DNA of 44,795 nt, filler included, from Jimgerdemannia flammicorona (GCA_003990765.1; 2 parts of 2 records of this genome joined end to end with filler, not necessarily neighbours in it), one strand, 5' to 3'; positions 10,444 through 22,754 are shown, counted from the whole stretch's first letter. Translations and numbers: made by a program. The notes: a model not told the origin generated them from the letters alone.

Positions 10444-13400
10444 AATTCGGTTTCCTAGGATGAAAAGAGAGTTTTATTTATCTCCAAAAGGAGAGGTTTG
10501 TCCGTAGCATCTTGGAAATCATGTGGTAAGGATTTTTCCGCACCATGCAAACATTTGTAAGTACCTTACATATTACTCCACCAAGACATTTGTTCGCTTC
10601 ATTTGGGATCGGCCTATAAACCACACCATGTGACTAAATAGTGTGCTGCTACCAAAATCCTGGCTCCATGAGATGTCATAATATTTTTTGATATGTCTAT
10701 TATATTACATAGTATTATAAAATTTATAGTATTATAAAATTTATATAGTATTTCCATTTTAAGAAGTAACTGGTGTCAAGTTTTGGCTCAATATAATAAA
10801 AGTTCCTTTTTTTAAAAAAACTTATAGGGAGACATAAAAAAAAAAATTAAATAAAATTCTAACTCTGTCAAGTTGTAGTAAATAAATCAGAGAATCATTC
10901 TACAGAATTGGTTTTTTTTTTCTTGTTACATTCTATACCTTCAAAGTTCATCAAAATTTATTAAGGTTTATAGATTCGCTATACTGTATATAGTTCTCAG
11001 GTCTGGAAATATTCAACGCTTGGCCAATTTTCTGAGTTATATACCATAAAAAATTCCTGCACGCGACAATGTCAGATGGTGTCACATGTTCTTCGGCCCG
11101 ACTTCATGGGACCTCTTTCTCCTGTCCACATGGCGTCATTTGAGTACCAGCCTGGTTACCCGGTTCAGCGCACATGTATATATATACGATTGGCGCAGTG
11201 ACGTAATTTTTGGCGCGCCACAATTTCTGCGTAATATTTGTTGCCTGCGCTCATATCTGCTACCGTAATACACACTAAATCAAACCGACTCTATTTCATT
11301 GGGAGATAAGGTCAGAAGTCACTCATGAGGTCAAGGCAATTAAAAAGCCACAAATTTCATATTATAAAAAGTCCAAGTTGTCGCTTCTCCAAAGCGAAAA
11401 ATTACTCCACTGTATTTCATATACCCTCTCCGTCACACCAACATCCCCACTATCAACATGCCAAAGACCCAGTCTCGTTCCTCCGCCTCTGGTGCCATCA
11501 AACTTTCTCAAGACATGGCCATACTCGTCAACAACCCCAGCGGAAGCGACGTTCGTTTTTTAGTAGGCGGAGCCGACACCAAGAAGGACGACGAGATACG
11601 CAAAAGAGCTGAACCAGTTACGATGTACGGCCATTCGCCAATTCTTCGCTGTCGCTCCAAATACTTTGATACATTGTTCAGCAGCGACTGGAAGGAGAAG
11701 ACCAGCGGCATAATTCACAAGCCCAACATTTCGCACATCGCGTTCCACGCAATCCTGCGCTACATTTACACCGGTAGTGTCGAGGTCAACGACAAGACAA
11801 TTCTTCTCGATCTGATCGCTGCTGCCGAAGAGATGGAACTAGCCGAACTGAGTGTTGTATGTCAAGCCAACGTAATGGAGGTGCTGAAACAGGTTGCCTC
11901 AAATGAGGACGATGATGACGAGAGCAGAATGCTTGAGCGCCTTCCCTTTAACCTCGTAGTCAGTACATTTCTCATCCCTGGATTAATCCTCGCACATCAA
12001 CACACTCTTCTCAAATTCTTCCAAGAACTTTTTGACTTCACTATTGCTCATATTGAAACCATCCTAGAGTCTAGCATCACGCTCGCCACATTCTTTGACG
12101 AAATTCCTCCTAAATTTTTCAAGTCGATTCTCACCTCCGACAAGCTTCCCTTAGCCGAATTTGAAGTCTGGAATTTGGCTTTCAACTGGGCGTGTCACCA
12201 CACCAAGGTTTTGAAACCTATGGTCGAATCACAGGTGAAAATTAATATTGTTAGCGAAATCGACGAAGACACACACTCGGAGACGGCGTCAGGCAACGTG
12301 GCTTCCGATGCGGACGCAGGGGGGATTGATCAACCGCTCATTTCAGCTCAGCAGCTCACGGCGCTAAGTGCCTCTCTTACATCACTGACTCCGACGATTC
12401 GTTTTACCCTCTTTGAGCCGGAGCAGTTTACCCAATCTTTCGAAACTCTCGCATTCTTCCTACCAATGCGCCGATATCTTGAGATCCAGCGGTTCTTCTC
12501 TCAGCCGAATAACACATCGATTGAGACCCCGAGGACAAAGAGCAGGGTTAAGAGCATGGATAAGGGCGAAGATAAGAGCGCTTTTTCTTCGGACATTGCC
12601 AATCACGAGTCATCGACGCTTTTGAAAATGTGGATTGTAGAAGCTAATGGTATAGCTGGATGCATTTCGCCGGCAAATTTGCGGTTCAAAAAGCTATACC
12701 AAGCTTCAGTTCATGGCTTCGAGGCCACTACTTTCCATCAAAAGTGTGACAATCAAGGACCCACACTCGTACTTGTTAAAAGTTCCGACGGACATCTGTT
12801 TGGCGGTGTCAATTTCAACCCTTGGCAATCAGGCGACGGTAGCTATGTTCAGTCCAGTACCAACTTTCTGTTTGCTTTGAAAGATGGACTGCATCGACAA
12901 CAACCAGTGAAATTCACAATCACCAATACTATATATGGGAGCTACAACATCACAAACTACGGGCCTATATTCGGAGCTGGATGTGACATGTTCATTGGCA
13001 ATCTGGCGAACACTTCAAATATATGCTACAGCAACTTATCACATAGTTATTCTGGTACAGGTGCATCGAACACGGCTCTTGCTGGTATGCAACATTTTAT
13101 GGTCGCAGATTATGAGGTTTTCTCTATTTGGAAGGAGTGACGGCCGATAAGTATTGACGACACAATTGAATGTTGGAGAGCAATGTATATACGTTCTTTT
13201 GTTTGTCGGGAATTGGCTCAAGAAAAGGATTATGTATGAACATAGAATCTAGCGGTTCTTTTCAATCTGATTTGTCACGTTCCTTTGTGTTGTGTGATTC
13301 AACATTCAAATGAACGAATTGCTTTGTACAAATGAAGAGTGCAGAAATTATCCAGTTCCGCACCCTCAGCACCTCACAAAGAGTCAATAGAGTCTCCCCC

Positions 13401-13845
13401 AACGAATCCCTCGTAAACGGGCTGGGACAATTTCTCGGTTTGAAGTGTTTTTCCTGTCCATTAAAAGCTGTGATACGTTGGATATTTCGCTTTCCAGTCG
13501 TCTGGCTGATCTTGCGCACGGCATCAAAATTGAAGTCACGCTGGTCGTCTCAATGAAATTGCATTGGAGACGGCGCGACAGCGTATACATGCCACTCGCC
13601 CGCTGATCGAACTACCCTGTCCCTTCTCAGCTTTTTGGCTGCCGCGTTTCAATTTGGCATTTCTCGTTTCCAGTATATTTTGTGTGAAGCTAAAAAAAAG
13701 CAACCGAAATTTCACCATCGCACCTGTCACATGACTATATACTTCATTTTACAGATTTTCTCTATTCAAATAACTAAATAAAATATTTTACATAGATATA
13801 TATTTATAAGACATGCAAACAAAGTTAAAAACAAAAATAGAATTG

Positions 13846-13884
<39 letters not shown>

Positions 13885-13985
13885 AAAAAAAAAAAAAAAA
13901 AAAAACTTGAAGGACTGAACCCCCAAGGGCATAGCATGAGGTTGGCTCAGTAGAGGCGATTGTAATCTCCGTTTTCTCACCGAAC
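10296..13985 (+). repeat. Left arm of a large inverted segmental duplication (partner about 17468-20684)
   Basis: Reverse-complement similarity traced through the DUF4246 5' end, the promoter, the BTB-TLDc CDS, the 3' flank and past the poly-A (CGATTGTAA..CTCCGTTTTCTCACC). Ends approximate. Confidence 0.9.
11458..13140 (+). CDS. BTB/POZ-BACK-TLDc domain protein, copy A (560 aa, intronless)
   Basis: BTB: SDVRFLVG..YGHSPILRCRSKYFDTLF..ILRYIYTG; BACK-like: ILTSDKLPLAEFEVWNLAFNW; TLDc: FKKLYQASVHGFEATTFHQKCDNQGPTLVLVK..GPIFG..VADYEVF. Confidence 0.95.
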   Translation: MPKTQSRSSASGAIKLSQDMAILVNNPSGSDVRFLVGGADTKKDDEIRKRAEPVTMYGHSPILRCRSKYFDTLFSSDWKEKTSGIIHKPNISHIAFHAILRYIYTGSVEVNDKTILLDLIAAAEEMELAELSVVCQANVMEVLKQVASNEDDDDESRMLERLPFNLVVSTFLIPGLILAHQHTLLKFFQELFDFTIAHIETILESSITLATFFDEIPPKFFKSILTSDKLPLAEFEVWNLAFNWACHHTKVLKPMVESQVKINIVSEIDEDTHSETASGNVASDADAGGIDQPLISAQQLTALSASLTSLTPTIRFTLFEPEQFTQSFETLAFFLPMRRYLEIQRFFSQPNNTSIETPRTKSRVKSMDKGEDKSAFSSDIANHESSTLLKMWIVEANGIAGCISPANLRFKKLYQASVHGFEATTFHQKCDNQGPTLVLVKSSDGHLFGGVNFNPWQSGDGSYVQSSTNFLFALKDGLHRQQPVKFTITNTIYGSYNITNYGPIFGAGCDMFIGNLANTSNICYSNLSHSYSGTGASNTALAGMQHFMVADYEVFSIWKE

Positions 13986-14690
13986 GTGATCAGCCCTTCA
14001 TTCCCAGGTCATTTAATGAGCTTTCTCTGATCTTATTCTAGCCGACGGCAAAATCGGGCTTTTGGGCCTGACAACGGAAGCCCACCCTCTACGACAATAC
14101 TGCGGGTCACACGTTTTGCGGAACGAGGTAGACCTTGCAGCTCTCGGGCAGGTTATCTTCAAGCTTAAATCCTACATGTAATTATCAACGTGGTTCGGGC
14201 TTCGGAAAAATGGCCGAAGCCGCTTAACATTCATGCGCAACTCAGTTTCCCCTCGCCCGAATCAAGAGTTAGTGCCTCACCCAGTAACTTAGTAAATAGT
14301 CATAACCTAACAATCAGTCGCAACTTAGCAATTAGTCGCATACTACGCCCGTCCACCAACTTAGTAATTAGCCGTTGGCAATTTCGCAACTACAATCTGT
14401 TCGCGCATCCCTCCCGCCCATCCCTTGTGGCTCGAGGTGAAACAAATGGTCCCTCCGCGTACGAGTGCGAATGGCGGACCTTGGAAGAACGTACGCTTCC
14501 ATACAGCCAAACCCATGTCCTTTTATATTTACTTCATTTCACGACATACGATTTGAACTTTAGGCAAAAGGACACTTTGCACCCTGACAATAACGTTGTC
14601 ATGTCTGCCGCAGGATCCAGCGTTGTGTTGGCGATCACAAGAACGAGTATTTGTCGCGCTCCCTACCATGGCGTCTGAGTTTAAGCGGCA

Positions 14691-14721
<31 letters not shown>

Positions 14722-15369
14722 GTTTCTGAAGAGGACCAACGAGCAGTTGCAGGTTAGCTGGGGTTCGCTTGTTACGAGATGTGTTGGACCAAACGTTTAC
14801 CTCCATTATCGCTATTAAATTGCAGGCGATCCTCGCCAATCAGCCCAAGGACAGTACCGACATGACAGAAGAGAAGGAAATGGAGGAGATGAGGAAGTCA
14901 ATGGTATGTTTTCATCATTACTTTTCGTCTCCACCGCTCAGCCCAAATGACGGAATTACAATTTTATGTCAGGCAATTCAATGTACCCAACCCTCGATGT
15001 CAATCCTTGCGTGATTTAAATTGGTCTACGAGCCTTAGATACAAAATAGCCTTCTTTAGTTACCTCAATTAAATGAAAATGAGTTTTTATTTATTTAAAG
15101 AAAGCTCGCAAGAAATGATAATTTCAGATTATTTATAAATTGCTAAAACTACATATCACAATAAACACAACCGCTTAGGCCTGTCCCTAGCAATATCTAC
15201 TACAAACATTTCCGTGTCAACCATAGTCCCCTTCCTAAACCTGCGGCGTAAAACATAGTAAACAAGAATAACGTGCCGGTTACGACGAGGACAATCCCGT
15301 CGATCTAGAATTTTCCTCACTCAATCAACACCCCGACGACTACATGCCACCGCGGAATTATCAATTTTC

Positions 15370-15991
15370 TCGGCGAAGACGCTGATGGCGTTCCGAAGGA
15401 CTACGTGTCCGTGAATAAGAGGTCACCGATCATGGCGAGGGTGTCCGGGCGAGTAGGGCGGCGCCGCCGGAAGGCTTTTGGGTTTGGGGAGATGCGAGGA
15501 TGCATTAGCCGGGGCTGGAGGTGCGTTAAAATGACGATAGATATCTTATTTGGGTGTACCTTTTCTGTGTGTCTCCTCTCACACTACATGCAGCGACGAT
15601 TTTCACAGCGAAAGGGTACTTACACAAAACTATCGGCCTACGTAAACCAACCCAGGCATTCATCAAACATCCGACAGCACCAATCCCAAAGATCCTGTCG
15701 CCATCACAAGACCGCAAACGACAACGACCATCCCTTTCCCCGAAACAAACCCCCAACCTGCATCCCGCCCACACCATCATCCTTGCCCACCGAATTCGAC
15801 ATGATCACAACATTCTCCACGCCAAAGACCTCCATGCACTCGTTCCATGAGACCTAATGAATTCCCAAGTGAAAATCTCGTACGGGGGTGTAGACTTCTA
15901 CGAACCGAACCAAGGAATCTCATACCTGAAACGGAGGGTATATTGCGATTTGATATGGCGCCGTTGAGCAATTATCCTTGTCGAACGCCAG
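15370..15991 (-). pseudogene. Mitochondrial phosphatidylglycerophosphatase (GEP4-like, HAD IIIA) pseudogene
   Basis: Exon 15991-15926 LAFDKDNCSTAPYQIAIYPPFQ, GT-AG intron 15925-15854, exon 15853-15758 VSWNECMEVFGVENVVIMSNSVGKDDGVGGMQ, a later RRHTEK, and LAMIGDLLFTD at about 15440-15408 followed by a stop/frameshift. These match HAD motifs DKDN, SNS, RH..KKP and GDRxxTD. N-terminus not seen. Confidence 0.85.
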
Positions 15992-16602
15992 GTGTCACAG
16001 AAATATCGTCAAATTGTGGCACGATCGCCTTGATTCTATTCTAATGTTTCCAATGACGTTTTTATTTTTTTCATCTTTATTTGTTCTTCCTATGCATGAG
16101 ATAATTAGAGTGTCTCGCAAAATTGTGCACGCCCAGTTAGACTTCGCGACCTCATGTTCTTTATCAAAAAATATTCCATCACCATGCGCTATGAAAAGTG
16201 GTATACCGTACATCTGGTAATTAATCAACTGAAACACACGCTATAGTAATCCGTTCTGTTGCTTTTCTCATGCTGATCAAATAATGTCTTTTGTGTTGGA
16301 GCGTTTGGCGGGACGATATGGAGCGGAAGTAGCGGAATTTGACATCTTCCGTTTGTATATACGTTCATTATTGGTCAACTCCGCATTGTACGTTGTTTGA
16401 CGGAGGGGCGCTGTTGCCTGGACGTTCCATTCGGAGCACTATAGACATTCATTTTTTTCAAAATGCTTTTCTAACATGGTTTTCGGCTATATATTTTACT
16501 AACTTTGATGTATTTACATAAATATTATTAAAATATAGTATAACTAGTTGAAATAGTAGACCTTTGACGACGGATTTCAGAGCGATGATGGATTGCCAAG
16601 AC

Positions 16603-16669
16603 TGGACTGGACAAGCGAACGTGGATTGGATGAGCGAACGTGGATTGGATGAGCGAACGTGGACTGGAT
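16603..16669. repeat. Tandem repeat, about 3.5 x 19 bp (TGGATTGGATGAGCGAACG)
   Basis: Units 16603-16621, 16622-16640, 16641-16659 plus a partial unit. Confidence 0.9.
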
Positions 16670-18319
16670 AATGGACTGCAGAGCAACCCTGCGGCAGGGT
16701 ATCCGTCTTAGAAGTAGGAAATGCATCTCTAGCTCCTCAGCGGCCTCTTTGGTCGGGCTCCACAAGCTCAACCCGCACCCAACGCAAAAATGGCGTTTGC
16801 CGATGCCAACAACTTTGCGGTTACAACAATTCGCAGAAATTTGCCGATGCCGGCACCGCAGGACGTCCGTCGTATAAGCAGGAACGCCATCTCTAGTTTT
16901 TCAGCGGCCTCAACATCAGCGGCCCGCATACGACGCGGCTTTGCCATTGTAACAATTCATAGATTAGATTTGTCGTAAAATTGTTATCTGCTGAATCCCA
17001 ATCAACGGCTAAGGTCCTCTCCCCTGGACGTCCTCCATTTGGCTTGCTCAAAGCAACATCGACCAACTATAATGTATGAATAACCTCAGTTCAACATTCA
17101 AACCATTTTTTTCCATGAATTGTACCGTTGAAAAACTCCTACCCGACCCCGAGCCATGAACCGAAATTACGGTTGTGATCCGTGTGAACGCCGGTAGTCT
17201 TGTGTTCTGCAACATTATTGGTAACGCACCCCGCTCGTCGAGTTCTGCCCAAGCAATTACAGGATGTCGAAGAATTACTGTGATTGTGAATATGAGAGCT
17301 ATAATAATCATAGTCGTAGCCTACCCTTCGTGGTAGATGTATTTATTAATGTGGAGAAAATGGTTTATGCAGATATAGTAATGTACTGAGGTATATACAG
17401 CATTACTAAAATGCTAATATTACTCAATAGCGAGATCGGGGTGAAGAGCTCGCTATCTGGTGGAAGATCTTTGGTGAGAAAACGGAGGTTGTTACAATCG
17501 GACGTATGTGACTATGACGTCACAGATCGAACGCCGTGACGCTATAGCCAAGAAATTACATAAAACAATCACCTGGTCCAACAGAGTTCAACCCCTTCAA
17601 AAGGACCAGGTAGTTGTTTTTTTTTTATTTTTTTATTTTAACATATGCCTTATAAATATATATGTTTTATGTAGCTATTTGAATAGAAAAAATTTGTAAA
17701 ATGAAGTACATATTTTCCATCAACTGGGTCAAGTCATATGACAATGCCAGGTGATTGGCACGGTGCTTCTTGAAAAATTGTTGCTTTTTAGCTTCACAAA
17801 AAATATGCTGGAAACAAGAAATGTCAAATTAAAACGCGGCGGTCAAAAAGGCTGAGAAAGGGCAGGGCAGTTCGAGCAACGAGCGAGTGGCATGGCCAGC
17901 GTGACTTCAATTATGATGCCGTGCGCAAGATCAGCCAGACGACTGGAAAGCGAGGAATGCTTGTAATGCATGCAAAATATCCAACGTACAACAGCTTTTA
18001 ATGGACAGGAAAAACACTTCAAACCGAGAAATTGTCCAAGCCCGTTACGAGGGATCCGTGGGAGAGACTCTATCGACTCTTTGTGAGGTGCTGAGGGTGC
18101 GGAGCCGGATAATTTCTGCACTCCTCGTTTGTGCAAGACAATTTGTTTATTTGAATGTTGAATCGCACAACACAAAGGAACGTGACAAATCAGATTGAAA
18201 AGAACCGCTAGAGTTTATGTTCATACATAATCCTTTTCTTGAGCCAATTCCCGACAAACAAAAGGACATATATACACTATTCTCCAACACTCGATTGTGG
18301 CGTCAATGGTTATCGGCCA

Positions 18320-20002
18320 TCACTCCTTCCAAATAGAGAAAACCTCGTAATCTGCGACTATAAAATGGTGCATACCAGCAAGAGCCGTGTTAGATGCACC
18401 TGTACCAGAATAACTATGTGATAAGCTGCTGTAGGATACATTTGAAGTGTTCGCCAGATTGCCAATGAACATGTCACATCCAGCTCCGAATATAGGCCCG
18501 TAGCTTGTGGAGTTGTGGCTCCCATATATAGTATTGGTGATTGTGAATTTCATTGGTTGTTGTCGATGCAGTCCATCTTTCAAAGCAAACAGAAAGTTGG
18601 TACTGGACTGAACATAGCTGCCATCGCCTGATTGCCAAGGGTTGAAGTTGACACCGCCAAACAGATGTCCGTCGGAACTTTTAACAAGTACGAGTGTGGG
18701 TCCTCGATTGTCACACCTTTGATGGAAAGTAGAGGCTTGGAAGCCATGAACAGAAGCTTGGTATAACTTGTTGAACCGCAAATTTGCCGGCGAATTGCAT
18801 CCAGCTATCCCATTGGCCTCTACAATCCACGTTTTTAAAAGCGCCGATGACTCGTGATTGACAATGTCCGAAGAAAAAGAGCTCTTATCTTTACCCTTAT
18901 CCTTGTTCTTAACCTTGCTCTTTGTCCTCGGGGTCTCAATCGATATGTTGTTCGGCTGAGAGAAGAACCGCTGGATCTCAACAGATCGACGTATTGGTAG
19001 GAAGAATGCAAGAGTTTCGAAAGATTGCGTAAACTGCTCTGGTTCGAAGAGGGTAAAACGGATCACCGGAGTCAGTGGTCTAAGAGCGGCATTTAGCGCC
19101 GTGAGCTGCTGAGCTGAAATGAGCGGTTGATCAATCCCCCCTCCGTCCGCATCGGAAGCTACATTGCTTGACGCTGTCTTCGAATGTGTGTCTTCGTCGA
19201 TTTCGCTGGCAATATTCATCTTCACCTGTGATTCGACCATAGGTTTCAAGACCTTGGTGTGGTGACACGCCCAGTTGAAAGCCAAATTCCAGACTTCAGA
19301 TTCGGCTAAGGGGAGCTTGTCGGAGGTGAGGATCTGCTTGAAAAGTTTGGGAGGAATTTCGTCGAAGAATGTGGCGAGCATGATGCTAGACTCTAGGATG
19401 GTCTCAATATGAGCAACAGTGAAGTCAAAGAGTTCTTGAAAGAGTTTGGGAAGAGTGTGTTGATGTGCGAGGATTAATCCAGGGATGAGAAATGTACTGA
19501 CTGCGAGGTTGAAGGGAAGGTGCTCAGGCATTCTACTCTCGTCGTCATCGTCTTTATTTGAGGCAACCTGTTTCAGCAACTCCATTACGTTGGCTTGACA
19601 TACAACACTCAGTTCGGCTAGTTCCATCTCTTCGGCAGCAGCGATCAGATCGAGAAGAATTGTCTTGTTGTTGACCTCGACACTACCGGTGTAAATGTAG
19701 CGCAGGATTGCGTGGAATGCGACGTGAGAAATGTTGGGCTTATGAATTATGCCGCTGGTCTTCTCCTTCCAGTCGTTGCTGAACAATGTATCAAAGTATT
19801 TGGAGCGACAGCGAAGAATCGGCGAATGGCCGTACATCGTAACTGGTTCAGCGCTTTTGCGTATCTCGTCGTCCTTCTTGGTGTCGGCTCCGCCTACTAA
19901 AAACCGAACGTCGCTTCCGCTGGGGTTGTTGACGAGTATGGCCATGTCTTGAGAAAGTTTGATGGCACCAGAGGCGGAGGAACGAGACTGGGTCTTTGGC
20001 AT
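18320..20002 (-). CDS. BTB/POZ-BACK-TLDc domain protein, copy B (560 aa, intronless)
   Basis: ATG at 20002 is equivalent to the copy A start; colinear without indels; about 53 amino-acid differences counted by eye (about 90% identity). Confidence 0.95.
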   Translation of the reverse strand: MPKTQSRSSASGAIKLSQDMAILVNNPSGSDVRFLVGGADTKKDDEIRKSAEPVTMYGHSPILRCRSKYFDTLFSNDWKEKTSGIIHKPNISHVAFHAILRYIYTGSVEVNNKTILLDLIAAAEEMELAELSVVCQANVMELLKQVASNKDDDDESRMPEHLPFNLAVSTFLIPGLILAHQHTLPKLFQELFDFTVAHIETILESSIMLATFFDEIPPKLFKQILTSDKLPLAESEVWNLAFNWACHHTKVLKPMVESQVKMNIASEIDEDTHSKTASSNVASDADGGGIDQPLISAQQLTALNAALRPLTPVIRFTLFEPEQFTQSFETLAFFLPIRRSVEIQRFFSQPNNISIETPRTKSKVKNKDKGKDKSSFSSDIVNHESSALLKTWIVEANGIAGCNSPANLRFNKLYQASVHGFQASTFHQRCDNRGPTLVLVKSSDGHLFGGVNFNPWQSGDGSYVQSSTNFLFALKDGLHRQQPMKFTITNTIYGSHNSTSYGPIFGAGCDMFIGNLANTSNVSYSSLSHSYSGTGASNTALAGMHHFIVADYEVFSIWKE

Positions 20003-20525
20003 GTTGATAGTGGGGATGTTGGTGTGACGGAGAGGGTATATGAAATATAGTGGAGAAATTTTTCGCTTTGGACTTTTATAATATGAAATTTGTGGCCTCG
20101 ACCTCATGAGTGACTTCTGACTTTATCTCCGAAATTGCGGCGCGTGGACAGGAGCAAGAGGTCCCATGAAATCGGGCCGAAGAACATGTGACACCATCCG
20201 AAATTGTCGCATGTAGGGGTTTTTTTTTTAATATAACTCAGAAATTGGTCATGTGTTGAATATTTCCAGGAACCTGGAAACTATATACATCGCCGCATCG
20301 TGCCCATCCCGAATGAAGCGAACAAATGAGGCGATTTTAAAATGTTACCTCTGGTGGCTTAGTATGACTCAAAAACAGGTGGTCATCTCAAATGTCTTGC
20401 TTGGTGGGGGTGATATGATTGTGTATGATGCATGGCGTGGGAAAATCCTGATCACATGATTTCCAAGAAAACCTTTCCTTTTTGAAGATAAAACAAAACT
20501 CGCTTTCACCATAGGCAACCGAATT

Positions 20526-20684
20526 ACGACATCGGACTCTTGGAAGGTATTGCACACTCCTCTTTCCATTGGTTCATTTCCGCACAATCTTTCATCTCAC
20601 ATCAGTGTTCTTTCTCAGCTGAATCTCCCAGAGCTGCGCGCCGAGGTCGCGGTAGCACAGGCTATTGTCGGCAAAGTCATGAAG
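20526..20684 (+). pseudogene. Truncated duplicate of the DUF4246 gene 5' end
   Basis: Reverse complement of 10296-10443: ACG where the other copy has ATG, same intron, LNLPELRAEVAVAQAIVGKVMK, then homology stops. Confidence 0.8.
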
Positions 20685-21315
20685 GAGCGGGAATCAGTGT
20701 GAGATGTTGGAATTCAGAATGACAATAGCGAGATAGCTGACGAGGCACGTCATGACAAAAACCTCCTCTACCAATCTATTATTCGGTGACTATGCTAAAG
20801 TAGTAATGTAGTAGCCATGATACTGTGAATAGTTTACTTTGACCGGGCCTTTGTGAACGTGACAGGGGCGGAGGCGGAGGTCGACGTGGAATTTGAGTAG
20901 AGCGGCGCTTAGTTCTAATATATATATACGTAGCGGCCCAGTTACGAAAAGAGATGCGGCACGTGGAGTATCGAGGATAAATTTGTTATGAATAGCGATC
21001 AGGAATTTCAGACTGGAGATGATTTTTGAATAGTACCCTTCAAACCGTGGTATGTTTATCTTAGAGTTGTCGGAAGAAATGAATCTTGAAGGAAATAATA
21101 TGTCTAATATATTGGTAACCCATCAGAATACAATTTCAAAGCCAGGCTGGTTTGCAATTTCGAATCACTTGCAGGCGTAACATTGAAATAAAAATATAGC
21201 ATAGACCGAAACTAAACGTTGGAGGCTACTTCAACCGCCATCCTTTGTCCCCAGCATTTGGGGTGGGTCTGATCAAACACAATCCTTCCGGAGCCTTACA
21301 TTGTAACTTCCCTTC

Positions 21316-21348
<33 letters not shown>

Positions 21349-22349
21349 ATAATAAAATAATAAAATAATATAAATAATATAAACGTCTGTTTGAGAGCAA
21401 GAATACACTGTGATATGCGCTAGCTCGACGCGAAATCACACAGGTGCAAAAGTGGCCAAGTATCTTGAATCTAGTAATTAGTGAGTTCCCATAATCGCGG
21501 GAAAATACTAAGATAAAGCAACGATATAAGATTTGTAGATTCAGTGGTATCAACATCTTCAGTATCTAATTTGATTTTCATGCAATTATTCAAAGTTTGT
21601 GAAAACTAATTTATTGCTGGAAGATTTATACGAGATGATAATACTATTTGCTAATGAATAGGATAAATACCAATTATCTCTGCACAATTTGACTGCGCTC
21701 GACAACAGCCGGGGCAAGTAAGACATCATGGAACTAAGTTACTTTTCCTGAGCAGTTGAGCCTAAGGATGGAATCAATGTGTTCGAAAATTTGTCAGATA
21801 CGGATGGGATGTGAGCGGTAGGCGGTGAAGATAAAAAAATAGTAATAAAGGCACGTCATCAATTCTCTCATCAATCCCTTTATCGATCGTGTCTATACTG
21901 TTCTTGGGCCAATGGCGAGGACAACCGGCAATTTGTAGTTCACTTAACTGGTGTGACGGATCAGATGAGCTTTGCAGGGACCATGTACAAATTCCCAAAA
22001 ATTAACTATATAGCAGCGCCGAGAACGTGCCAATATTTAAAACCAAGTATGTAAGAACTCAAAAAACGGAGAATTCCGGGGCGAGGTTAAAACATGGCTA
22101 CCCTAGTACGTGAGATCCGAAAACGTCATGACCGGACCAGATGCACGGGGTTATCAAGAACTACGGCAGCGTTCACGTGGGCCGAAGCAATGGTTCGCCA
22201 AGAACGATCAGGGGTTGTCCTTATTGAAAGCGAGCGTTAGGATACGTAAGACTCGTGCACTTGTACGTTAATTTACATCTTTGTATTCGCAAAACCTGCT
22301 TAAAGCCATACGAAAAAAAAAAAAAAAAAAAAAAAAAAGCAAAAAAAAA

Positions 22350-22449
22350 NNNNNNNNNNNNNNNNNNNNNNNNNNNNNNNNNNNNNNNNNNNNTTAATTA
22401 ATTAANNNNNNNNNNNNNNNNNNNNNNNNNNNNNNNNNNNNNNNNNNNN
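22350..22449. other. Assembly gap linker (44 N + TTAATTAATTAA + 44 N)
   Basis: Exactly 100 bp with a six-frame stop spacer, flanked by poly-A contig ends. Confidence 0.97.
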
Positions 22450-22754
22450 AAAAAAAAAAAAAAAAAAAAAACAATCCTTTATTGGCTATAATTTATATTT
22501 TTTTCCACTTGTCTGTACAGTAATAAACACCCAGATTTTATTGATAGTATTAAGAATATTATTTGGAAAATCAGAACAGTTGAGTTATAGATATATTCTC
22601 TATTTATTTATCATTTTTCTTACCCAAGTAACTATACTTGCCAGTCCCAAACTAAGCCTCAAATTTCTACACTAAATTGCTAAGAATATAGATAGAAAAT
22701 TATAATATATAAACTACTAGTAAATATAAACTGAAGTTTTTTTTTTTTATATAT

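Larger units (their letters stand above)
17468..20684 (-). repeat. Right arm of the inverted segmental duplication
   Basis: Reverse complement of about 10296-13985 with small indels; ends approximate. Confidence 0.9.

Noticed and set aside
20003..20107. 35-aa N-terminal extension of BTB-TLDc copy B in the ORF track
   Set aside because: The equivalent upstream ATG in copy A (11325) is out of frame with its CDS; the shared start is MPKTQ.
22394..22405. Palindromic TTAATTAATTAA between N runs
   Set aside because: Artificial six-frame-stop linker in a 100-bp gap; adjacency across it is not guaranteed.
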